Positions 48,212 to 56,388 of a stretch of 64,000 nt of DNA are shown piece after piece (the first letter of the stretch is position 1; each line of letters starts with the position of its first letter). A model generated the notes under the pieces. It did not search any database, had not been told where the DNA came from, and saw only the letters and a list, made by a program, of their open reading frames with translations. The stretch comes from Candidatus Dormiibacterota bacterium (GTDB taxonomy: Bacteria; Chloroflexota; Dormibacteria; Aeolococcales; Bog-877), in contig JBAWFE010000020.1 of assembly GCA_049591595.1 (NCBI GenBank), positions 17,314-81,313 of the forward strand. The letters are read 5' to 3'. A program made the translations under genes and the position numbers.

Positions 48212-48766
48212 ATGAGGAGCACTCTCGTATACTGCCGCGTCGTGGAGAATTGGGAAAGGGTTGAGCTGTTCAGCTCCTTCTTAAAGCTCAGCGGGGACAT
48301 CGAGGTGGTGCCGCCTTTGCGGCTCACCGATGTCGTCAATCGGATGACGGAATATCTCGAGATCCAGCATCTGACCCTGGAACCGCTGGCGAGCACCTAC
48401 CCGGTCATCAGCACCGTGGAGGACTCGGCGATGGTCGCCAAGCGAGCCCTCCTGATGGTGGTCCCAATTGGAGAGTCAGCCGCAGACCACGGTGGCAGGC
48501 GAGCGCTCTTGGAGACCAAGGTGGCACGTCAGGTGGCGCTCACCATCGACACCTTCTCCCTGGTCTGCGAGGTGTTTTTAGAGCCCAGGCTGAGCCTGCG
48601 GGAGACCCTGGAACGGAGCGTGGACGACTTCCTACCAGTCCGCAACCTCAACGCAGTTTGGCTGCCGGCGCTGACCCACGAGCGGGTCACGATCCAGCGC
48701 TCCTTCGCCCTGATCCATCCCCGTCAGATCCTGAGTTTCTCAGAGCGCGGGGAAGCTGCTCCCTGA
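48212..48766 (+). CDS. hypothetical protein
   Basis: 184 aa from internal Met (ORF track start 48116 overlaps birA start); no confident family assignment. Confidence 0.5.
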   Translation: MRSTLVYCRVVENWERVELFSSFLKLSGDIEVVPPLRLTDVVNRMTEYLEIQHLTLEPLASTYPVISTVEDSAMVAKRALLMVVPIGESAADHGGRRALLETKVARQVALTIDTFSLVCEVFLEPRLSLRETLERSVDDFLPVRNLNAVWLPALTHERVTIQRSFALIHPRQILSFSERGEAAP

Positions 48767-48838
48767 CCTCTCCGGAAGCCCCTGGGCGATCCGCCGGAGT
48801 CTGAACTGACCAGCTCGATTCGGCGCGACGCGGCGACG

Positions 48839-49603
48839 GTGGCCGTGCTGCGTGACTCACCGTCATCCGCCGTCGAAGGACCAGGGGTTCAGGTGCTCTT
48901 GATGACCAGGCCCGCGACCAGTTCGTTCGCACCGCGAGCGGAGGTCTTTCCGGGCGGCTCGGTAGACACGGCCGACCTGGATCCCAGCTGGTCGGAGCTG
49001 GAGGCCGGACCGCTTCTATCTCGGGAGGTGGAGCGCCACCTCCTGGTCACCGCGGTACGGGAAACCTTTGAGGAGTGCGGCATCCTGCTGGCTCGAACTT
49101 CCTCTGGCCAGCCGTGCCCCCAAGAGTTGGCGGCTGAGCTTGGCTCCCTCCGCCGGCGGCTCCAGGCTGGGCACCCCGGGGAGTTCCAATCCAGGCTGAG
49201 AAGGACGGGACTGCGACCGGGTTGGGAGGATCTCATCTTCTGCGCCCACTGGGTCACACCCGAGGGCCTGCCCAGGATCTTCGATACCCGCTTCTTCCTG
49301 GCGGCACTGCCCGCCGGACAGGAACCGAGCCGGGAAGAGCCGGGTGAGCTGACCGCGATGCGCTGGGTGAGCCCCTATTCCGCGCTCCAGGAGGCAGTTC
49401 AGGGAAGGACTCTTCTCCTCCCCCCCACCCGATCGGTGTTGGAGCTGCTGGTGCAGCACCGAACAGTCGAGGCGGCGCTGCAGGCCGCGCGCGGAACCAG
49501 AAAGATGCGAGTTCAGCCGAAGCTGGAGGAGATCACTTCAGCCCGCTACCCGGGTCTTGATGTGGGGGATCTCCTCGGCCCAAAGTCGGAGTCGGGCGAG
49601 TGA
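48839..49603 (+). CDS. NUDIX hydrolase
   Basis: Nudix box FPGGSVDTADLD...REVERHLLVTAVRETFEECGI. Confidence 0.75.
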   Translation: MAVLRDSPSSAVEGPGVQVLLMTRPATSSFAPRAEVFPGGSVDTADLDPSWSELEAGPLLSREVERHLLVTAVRETFEECGILLARTSSGQPCPQELAAELGSLRRRLQAGHPGEFQSRLRRTGLRPGWEDLIFCAHWVTPEGLPRIFDTRFFLAALPAGQEPSREEPGELTAMRWVSPYSALQEAVQGRTLLLPPTRSVLELLVQHRTVEAALQAARGTRKMRVQPKLEEITSARYPGLDVGDLLGPKSESGE

Positions 49604-50418
49604 CCAGGGCGCCCGAGGTCCTGCTAGCGCGGGCCTCCAACCCCGGCCCGCTCACCGGGTCCGGGACCAACACCTGGATCTACGGCCAGGGCGAGACCGT
49701 GGTCATCGATCCAGGCCCAGCCGACGAGCGCCACTTGGAGCAAGTCATGGCCACCGCCGGTCGGATCGGGCGGGTCGTCATGGTCGCCTGCACTCACCAC
49801 CACATCGACCACCTGGAGGGTGCAGCTCGACTCTGCGAGCTGGCCCAGGCCCCGCTCGCTGTGCACTTCCGACGGGCGACCGACCCCCGCACCCTGCCAC
49901 TCCACGACGGCGACCGGCTGCTGGTTGGAGGCGGTGCGCTGGTGGCGATCCACACCCCCGGGCATGCCTCCGACCACCTCTGTTTCTTCGAGGAGTCGAG
50001 CCGGATTCTCTTCACCGGCGACCACGTTCTCCAGGGGACCACCAGCCTGGTGGTCCCCCCGGACGGCGACATGGCCGAATACCTGAGCTCGCTCGATCGC
50101 GTATTAAGGCTGCGCCCGAGCCGACTGCTCCCGGGCCACGGAGAGCCGATTGAGGCGGCGGAGACTGCGATCGCCGACCTGATTGCTCACCGCCTCCTAC
50201 GCGAGGAGCAGATCCTGCAACAGCTGCAGTCAGGCCCAGCGGGACCTGACTCCCTGACGCCACGTCTCTACGCCTCCTATCCACCCGAGGTCCTCGGAAT
50301 TGCAGCGGGCATGGTACTGGCCCACCTGCAGAAGCTGGAACAGGAGGGCAAGGTGCTCCGGGTACCTGGTGAGCTGCCGGACCAGTTCGAGCGAGTGGAC
50401 CAGAGTAACGAGTCGTAG
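49600..50418 (+). CDS. MBL-fold metallo-hydrolase
   Basis: CTHHHIDHLEG, HTPGHASDHLCF, GHG; ATGA overlap with NUDIX gene. Confidence 0.8.
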   Translation: MTRAPEVLLARASNPGPLTGSGTNTWIYGQGETVVIDPGPADERHLEQVMATAGRIGRVVMVACTHHHIDHLEGAARLCELAQAPLAVHFRRATDPRTLPLHDGDRLLVGGGALVAIHTPGHASDHLCFFEESSRILFTGDHVLQGTTSLVVPPDGDMAEYLSSLDRVLRLRPSRLLPGHGEPIEAAETAIADLIAHRLLREEQILQQLQSGPAGPDSLTPRLYASYPPEVLGIAAGMVLAHLQKLEQEGKVLRVPGELPDQFERVDQSNES

Positions 50419-50446
50419 AGCCCGCCGGCGGAACCCGCTGGGGCCC

Positions 50447-51973
50447 TTACCCCATCTGGAACGGCAGGTGGGCCAGGGTTCGGGTCATCGCCCCAGAGGG
50501 GCCGATCGGGACGATCGGCTTCCACAGCGCCTCGCCGTGATAGGCGGTGCCGGCGATGTCCAGATGGACCCAGGGAAGGTCACCTGTGAACTGGCGCAGG
50601 AAGACGCCGCCGTTGATCGAGCTGGCGGCCGGAGTTCCCGAGGTGTTGCACATGTCGGCAATTTCGCAGGTGAGCGCAACGTCGTATTCCGGGTAGAGGG
50701 GGAGCTCCCAGATCCGCTCCCCGGCGAGGGCCCCAGCTCGGCGGAGCTGGGCGATCATTTCGGGGCTGGTTCCCATGGCAATGGTCACGGCGTATCCCAG
50801 GGTGACCACCGCGCCCCCGGTCAAGGTGGCCACATCCACCAGATGTGTCGCCCCCCGGTCGGCGGCGAATCCCAGCGCATCGGCGAGCACCAGGCGCCCC
50901 TCGGCATCGGTGTTGTTGATCTCGATGGTCTTTCCATTCATGGCGCTGACCACATCGCCGGGCTTGACTGCGCCGCCGCCGGGCATGTTCTCAGTGAGGG
51001 CCGCCACGGAAATCACCTGGATCGGGGCTTCCATCTGGGCGATCAGTGACATGGTCTCGATCACTGCTGCCGCCCCGCTCATATCGGCCTTCATGTCGGA
51101 CATCCCTGGGTTGGCCTTGAGGGAGATGCCTCCGGTGTCGAAGGTGATGCCCTTCCCGACCAGCGCCAGAACCTTGTCCGACTTAGCCTGGCCCTTCGGG
51201 CGATACCGCAGCGAGACCAGCTTGGGAGGCTCGTGAGAGCCCCGGGCTACCGCCAGGAGAGCACCCATCCCGAGCCTCTCCATATCGGCACGCTCCAGCA
51301 CCTCGAGCTCGAGCCCACCCTCCCTCGCCACCCGCTCGGCCTCCGCGGCGAGCAGGGTGGGGGTCAACCGGTTGCTTGGTTCCCATTGGAGCACCCGGGC
51401 TCGGTTGGTTACCTCCCCGAGCGAGGTGCCCTCGACCAAGGCATCGGCGATCGCCCGGTCGGTGCCCAAACCGGCCACCACCAAATCCTCGATCACGCCC
51501 GAGTCTTCGCCGGTCTTGAGCTGACCGAGATGGTAGTTGCCGAGCGCCACCCCCTCGGCGACGGCCCTCGCCACCGCCCGGGGTTCACCTTGATTCGGGT
51601 CCTGAGCGGCTAGCACGGCGACCACCGCCTGGTCGACCAGTACCGTCAGGCTCCGACAGAAGCGCCTGGTCTCACGGACGGTGAACTGAAGCGCATTTCG
51701 AAGGCGGTAGCCGTCTAGCTCCTGGGACCGTCCCAGCCCCAAGAAGACGACTCGAGGAGTCGGGAGCTTGCCAAGGGTCGCGACCGCGGTACGAGTGGGG
51801 AAGCTGCCGGACGCCTGATGGTCGTCGCGCATGCTGGTGAGGAGGCCGTCCAGGGCACTGTCCACCGCGGCCGCCAATGGTCCTAGTGGTCCCGTCTGGA
51901 AGTACGGCACCACCAGCACGTCGGCCTTGATCTTGCCTAGGTCCGTGTCACTTGCCTTAGCTCGCAATCTCAC
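50447..51973 (-). CDS. pepA: leucyl aminopeptidase (M17)
   Basis: 508 aa; NTDAEGRLVLADAL signature, metal ligands. Confidence 0.9.
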   Translation of the reverse strand: MRLRAKASDTDLGKIKADVLVVPYFQTGPLGPLAAAVDSALDGLLTSMRDDHQASGSFPTRTAVATLGKLPTPRVVFLGLGRSQELDGYRLRNALQFTVRETRRFCRSLTVLVDQAVVAVLAAQDPNQGEPRAVARAVAEGVALGNYHLGQLKTGEDSGVIEDLVVAGLGTDRAIADALVEGTSLGEVTNRARVLQWEPSNRLTPTLLAAEAERVAREGGLELEVLERADMERLGMGALLAVARGSHEPPKLVSLRYRPKGQAKSDKVLALVGKGITFDTGGISLKANPGMSDMKADMSGAAAVIETMSLIAQMEAPIQVISVAALTENMPGGGAVKPGDVVSAMNGKTIEINNTDAEGRLVLADALGFAADRGATHLVDVATLTGGAVVTLGYAVTIAMGTSPEMIAQLRRAGALAGERIWELPLYPEYDVALTCEIADMCNTSGTPAASSINGGVFLRQFTGDLPWVHLDIAGTAYHGEALWKPIVPIGPSGAMTRTLAHLPFQMG

Positions 51974-52055
51974 GCCTCCTCAATGCCCAGGCCGTTTTCC
52001 GGCCTTGGCCGTGGCTGCGGCGAGCGCGCCTCCCCTAGGGAGCCCCCGTCAGGGC

Positions 52056-52283
52056 TCAGTGGTGGGGGTCGAAGCGCACCTGCCGCAGGTTTGGTATCCA
52101 CTCTCGCAGCGCCGTCTCAAGCTCCCGGAGCACCGCAGGGGTCAGTACGACCACAAAGTTGGAGCTTGGATGCGCCTGCACCACCACCTCCCCGGGCCGA
52201 GGTTGCGTGACCAACAGGCTGTCACTGGCGGGACCGGAGGAGATCACTCCCCTCACCCGCGCCGTCAATTCCGCATCGGTCAC
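52056..52283 (-). CDS. small hypothetical protein
   Basis: 75 aa non-low-complexity ORF in pepA/queG divergent region. Confidence 0.35.
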   Translation of the reverse strand: MTDAELTARVRGVISSGPASDSLLVTQPRPGEVVVQAHPSSNFVVVLTPAVLRELETALREWIPNLRQVRFDPHH

Positions 52284-52321
52284 CGGCGAATCATGGCAAA
52301 GCCGAGCCGGACAATGTCGGC

Positions 52322-53572
52322 ATGCCCTCCCTGGCCGTGACTTCAGGGCTCCGCCCCATCCGACTATCTCTCCGCCAACTGCTGGAGGTCGAGGCTGTCC
52401 GCCTTGGCTTCTCCGAAGTGGGGGTTACAGACCTGGCACCTTTCGAAGAAGCCGCGGGGCGGGCCCGGCGGGCGGTGGCGGAGGGCCGGATGCGGGGAAT
52501 GCCCTGGTACACAGAGGAACGGATCAGTCAGGCTACCGATCTAGGTCAGCGCTATCCGTGGGGCCGAAGCCTGGTGGCGCTCAGCTATCCCTACCAGCCG
52601 GCCGCCCGTCTCCAGAGCGGTCCGGTAGTCCCTCCCCGCAGCCCGGGGCGTCCCCGAGGCAGAATCGCTGGATACGCCCTGGGTGAGGACTATCACGTTC
52701 GCCTTGATCGGGCCCTGCGCCAGCTGGTCGGCCGGCTCGCCCTGCGGTCACCCGGCTTGCGCTGGCACCGCTTCGTTGACCACGGTCGAGCGTGGGACCG
52801 GGCGATCGCCGAGCGGGCGGGCCTGGGCTTCTGCGGCAAACACACGCAGCTGATCACCGAGCGAGGAGGCTCCTATGTGCTGCTTGCCTCCCTGGTTCTC
52901 AGCCTCGAACTTGCGCCCAACCAGCCGTCGAAGAGGAGCTGCGGCAAGTGCCGTGCCTGTCTGCCCAGTTGCCCGACCGGGGCTCTGCTGGCCCCGGGGG
53001 TGATTGACGCTCCGCGGTGCATCAGCTACTTGACTATCGAGCACGAGGGGCCGATCCCCCTTCAACTTCGACCTCTGATGGGTACCTGGGTCTTCGGCTG
53101 CGATCTCTGCCAGGAGGCGTGCCCGATCAATCAGCGACTCAGCCCTCCGCCGGTCCGGCCCGGCCCCGCCTCCACCAACGGGGGCCCGGTGCCGTATCCC
53201 GATCTGGTCGAGCTACTCCACCTTTCAGAGCCGTCCTTCAGAGCTCGCTTTCGGAACACCACCATGCGAAGGAGCGGCCGGGAGCGCCTGTCCAGGAACG
53301 CGGCCATCGCCCTGGGGAACACGGGGGAGCGCTCGGCCGTCCCAGACCTCGCGCAAGCCCTGGGACACGACCCCTCAGCCCTGGTTCGGGGAGCCAGCGC
53401 CTGGGCGCTGGGCCATCTGGGAGGTGCGGCGGCCGCCACCGAGCTCAAGGGCGCGGTGGAGCATGAAGGCGATACGGTGGTGCTCGCCGAGATTGAGCTC
53501 GCCCTCCTCGAGACTCCCCGGGCGCTGGAATCAAGTCCCAGGGGGTTGCGGCAGCTTAGTCATTCGGCATAA
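52322..53572 (+). CDS. queG: tRNA epoxyqueuosine(34) reductase
   Basis: CGKCRACLPSCPTGAL and CDLCQEACP 4Fe-4S motifs, CISYLTIEHEGPIP, C-terminal HEAT-like repeats. Confidence 0.85.
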   Translation: MPSLAVTSGLRPIRLSLRQLLEVEAVRLGFSEVGVTDLAPFEEAAGRARRAVAEGRMRGMPWYTEERISQATDLGQRYPWGRSLVALSYPYQPAARLQSGPVVPPRSPGRPRGRIAGYALGEDYHVRLDRALRQLVGRLALRSPGLRWHRFVDHGRAWDRAIAERAGLGFCGKHTQLITERGGSYVLLASLVLSLELAPNQPSKRSCGKCRACLPSCPTGALLAPGVIDAPRCISYLTIEHEGPIPLQLRPLMGTWVFGCDLCQEACPINQRLSPPPVRPGPASTNGGPVPYPDLVELLHLSEPSFRARFRNTTMRRSGRERLSRNAAIALGNTGERSAVPDLAQALGHDPSALVRGASAWALGHLGGAAAATELKGAVEHEGDTVVLAEIELALLETPRALESSPRGLRQLSHSA

Positions 53573-53580
53573 TCGCGGCG

Positions 53581-53916
53581 GTGGCTGGCTTTGCCCCGGT
53601 TTGCGCGGCGGTCGACATCCCCCAGGGAACTGGTCAGGTGTTCGATGCCGATGGCGTTGAGGTGGCCATATTTCACGTGGACGGTGTCTTCCACGCTCTG
53701 GAGAACAGCTGCGCCAGTGGCGGGTCAATTGGCGAGGGACTGCTGCGGGGGCATGTCGTCACCTGTCCCCTCGACGGCGAGACCTACGACGTCCGGACCG
53801 GGATCTCTCCGATCTCGGATGCCATCTTCGTCAAGCACTTCGATGTGCGGCTCGACAGCAGTGGCAACGTGCTGGTGAAAATGGAGCCCACCGAGGATGA
53901 GGATGAGGAACTCTGA
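53581..53916 (+). CDS. Rieske-fold (NirD-like) small protein lacking canonical His ligands
   Basis: 111 aa; CASGG and CPLDG where Rieske boxes CxH/CxxH are expected; acidic tail. Confidence 0.6.
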   Translation: MAGFAPVCAAVDIPQGTGQVFDADGVEVAIFHVDGVFHALENSCASGGSIGEGLLRGHVVTCPLDGETYDVRTGISPISDAIFVKHFDVRLDSSGNVLVKMEPTEDEDEEL

Positions 53917-53939
53917 AGGGACGCCTGGCCGCGATAGAT

Positions 53940-54875
53940 GTGGGGTCCAACACCGCCCATCTGCTCGTCGCCACAGTCGGTGAGCAAGGGCCGAGCCGGC
54001 GACGCCACGCGGTTCACCTGGTGGGCCTGGGCCGCGAGGTGGCGGAAAACGGCGAGCTAGGCGAGGAACTCCTCGAGAGGACGGCCGAGCTGGTCGGTCA
54101 CCTCGTCGACCAGGCCCGTCACGACGGTGCCGAGCGGATCGGCCTGGTCGGGACTGAGGCGCTGCGCAACGCCGCTGACGGAGCCGCCTTGAGGGACCGG
54201 GTCCGGCAGCAAACCAAGCTGCAGCTGCGGATCCTGACCGGGGAGGCGGAGGCGCGGCTCAGCTATCTGGGGGGGACTGCCCACTGGGTTCCCCCGGGCC
54301 ACCCCGCGACGGTGGTCGACGTGGGCGGGGGGAGCACGGAGGTGGTCCACGGTCTGGGCAGCCGACCGGTGAACGGGACCAGCCTGAAGGTGGGATCCGA
54401 TCGGATCCTGATGGCGATCAACGCCGCAGACCCCCCCACGCCGCGCCAGCGGGCGGACGCCGAGCTGAGGATCTCGATGCTGTTGGAGGCGGCGCCCGAC
54501 GCGGCCCGTCAGGGGATGCTGATCGCCACCGGGGGCACGGCCAGCAACCTGCCGGTGCTGCTCGGGGTGTGGCAGCCGTTGTCGGACTCCAAGGACGTGC
54601 TTCGGGATGAGGGAACACGGGAGCCGTGGATCACGCTCACCCGTGACAACATCGACCAGGCGGTCCATCTCACGGCCAACCATTCCAGCGCCGAGGTTGC
54701 GATGCGCAGCGGGCTCAGTCCGGCACGGGCCCGCCTTATGGCCGGCGGGATCCTGGTCCTGCTCGGGCTCCTGGAACGATACCAGGCCAAGGAGCTTGTC
54801 GTCACCGAACGGGGGCTGCGCGACGGAGTGCTGCTCCGCCTGGCCGCCGCGGCCGCCCACCATCGCCCCGGCTGA
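53940..54875 (+). CDS. Ppx/GppA family phosphatase
   Basis: ..AAIDVGSNTAHLLVA ASKHA phosphate-1 motif; the conserved AAID lies upstream of the GTG at 53940 (possible CTG start at 53913/53925). Confidence 0.8.
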   Translation: MGSNTAHLLVATVGEQGPSRRRHAVHLVGLGREVAENGELGEELLERTAELVGHLVDQARHDGAERIGLVGTEALRNAADGAALRDRVRQQTKLQLRILTGEAEARLSYLGGTAHWVPPGHPATVVDVGGGSTEVVHGLGSRPVNGTSLKVGSDRILMAINAADPPTPRQRADAELRISMLLEAAPDAARQGMLIATGGTASNLPVLLGVWQPLSDSKDVLRDEGTREPWITLTRDNIDQAVHLTANHSSAEVAMRSGLSPARARLMAGGILVLLGLLERYQAKELVVTERGLRDGVLLRLAAAAAHHRPG

Positions 54876-54928
54876 GGGCAGTTACAGCGGATTGCCGAGC
54901 CTCCGCCACCTTGCCCTAAGCTGGACTG

Positions 54929-55618
54929 GTGCCGGTCTTCGACTTTCACACCCACACCACCATCTCTGATGGTCATGCGGACGCCATGGAGATGGCCCGG
55001 CGGTGCCGGAAGAACGGATACGCCGCCTACGTCTGCAGCGACCACGTCGACGAGGGGTCGGTCGGAGGGCGGGTCCCGGAGATAGTCGAGGCCTGTCGGC
55101 GGGTGGCAGATGAGCTGGGCATCCGCGCGATTCCTGCGGTCGAGGTGACTCGCGTGGCACCCGAGCGGGTCGCCAAGGTGGCCGCTCGGGCCCGCTCTCT
55201 GGGAGCGCTGCTGGTTGTGGTCCACGGCGAGACGCTGGGGGACTTCCCTCAGCCAGGACTCAACCTGGCAGCCACCCGCTGCCCCGACGTGGACATCCTG
55301 GGACATCCCGGCCTGATCTCTCATGAAGCCGCCGAGCAGGCTCGGAACAATCAGATCCACCTGGAGATCAGCGCGGCCGGTCTGCACGGGTTAACCAATG
55401 GCCACGTCGCCAAGGTGGCCCTGGAGGTTGGAGCGTCACTGGTGCTCGACTCGGACGCCCACCGCCCGGAGAGCCTGCTGACTCCAGAACGAGCCCTCCA
55501 GGTGTTAGAGGGCAGCGGCCTGAGCCTGGAGGGAGTCACCCAGGTATCCGAACTGGCACCTTTCTCGGTCCTGAGGCGGCGGGGAATTCAGTTCTCGCTG
55601 GAGCCGAGCGCCCCCTGA
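54929..55618 (+). CDS. PHP family phosphoesterase
   Basis: MPVFDFHTHTTISDGH N-terminal PHP motif. Confidence 0.75.
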   Translation: MPVFDFHTHTTISDGHADAMEMARRCRKNGYAAYVCSDHVDEGSVGGRVPEIVEACRRVADELGIRAIPAVEVTRVAPERVAKVAARARSLGALLVVVHGETLGDFPQPGLNLAATRCPDVDILGHPGLISHEAAEQARNNQIHLEISAAGLHGLTNGHVAKVALEVGASLVLDSDAHRPESLLTPERALQVLEGSGLSLEGVTQVSELAPFSVLRRRGIQFSLEPSAP

Positions 55619-55634
55619 CCGGACCAGCGCGGCC

Positions 55635-56276
55635 CTACGGGATGGGATTCGTGGTCGGCGTGGGGGTAGGCGTCGGAGTCGGAGTCGGTGGCGGAGTGGC
55701 GGTGGGGGTCGGGGTGACGTTGGGAAGCGGGGTCAGCGAACCGCTCGGGGTATTGGTCGGCACCGTCTCGATGTCCTGAAGAGTAGCCACCAGCAGGGTC
55801 CGCTTCGGCCCCTGGCTGAACGTGACGATCACCGCATCTCCGGGAATCAGGTCGTCAAGAGTGGCAGTTGCTCCTCCCCTGGTCAATACCGACTTGGTGG
55901 TGACCGTCGCCTCCACCGGCTCACCGCCGGCCGGCTGGATAGCGATCAGGTTCGGAGCGATCCAGATTCCGACGATGGTGCCGTCGATCTGGTGCCCCAC
56001 CAGGGAGTTGGTGGAGGTCGGGGAACTGCTGGGAGAGATGCCGACGGCCGCCTGATTTTTGCTCGGGCTGCTGCCGACGGCGAAGATGGTCAGCGAGGCG
56101 ATGCCCAGCCCGACGCCCAGCACCGAGAGCGCGATGATCGCGAAGAAGATCAGCGCCAGCAGTCCATGGCCATGGAAGCCAATGAAGTTATGGCGCTCTC
56201 TCATGTGTCGGCCAGCCCGCAGCCGCGGAACCCTCCGCCGCGCCGCCCTAGCCCTCGGCAGTCGAGTCTCCGCCAC
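55635..56276 (-). CDS. membrane-anchored/secreted protein with Pro-Thr-rich repeat C-terminus
   Basis: N-terminal TM, C-terminal TPLPNVTPTPTATPPPTPTPTPTPTPTTNPIP. Confidence 0.5.
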   Translation of the reverse strand: MAETRLPRARAARRRVPRLRAGRHMRERHNFIGFHGHGLLALIFFAIIALSVLGVGLGIASLTIFAVGSSPSKNQAAVGISPSSSPTSTNSLVGHQIDGTIVGIWIAPNLIAIQPAGGEPVEATVTTKSVLTRGGATATLDDLIPGDAVIVTFSQGPKRTLLVATLQDIETVPTNTPSGSLTPLPNVTPTPTATPPPTPTPTPTPTPTTNPIP

Positions 56277-56388
56277 TTCGCCTCCTCGCTATCTAGCTGT
56301 CCCTGACGGCACCATCACCGAACCCGGCCGGAGTATAGGGGACCACCCGAGATCGGCCGAGAAGGCTCGGTATCATCAACTGCCACCC

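Noticed and set aside
48212-48766. Possible DUF4388/roadblock-like assignment for the protein after birA
   Set aside because: The expected Gly-rich core after the N-terminal G-D-L/dllq segment is not evident. Left as hypothetical.
54057-55387. Two long minus-strand ORFs antisense to Ppx/GppA and the PHP gene
   Set aside because: Low-complexity, high-GC antisense artefacts. Plus-strand genes have clear motifs.
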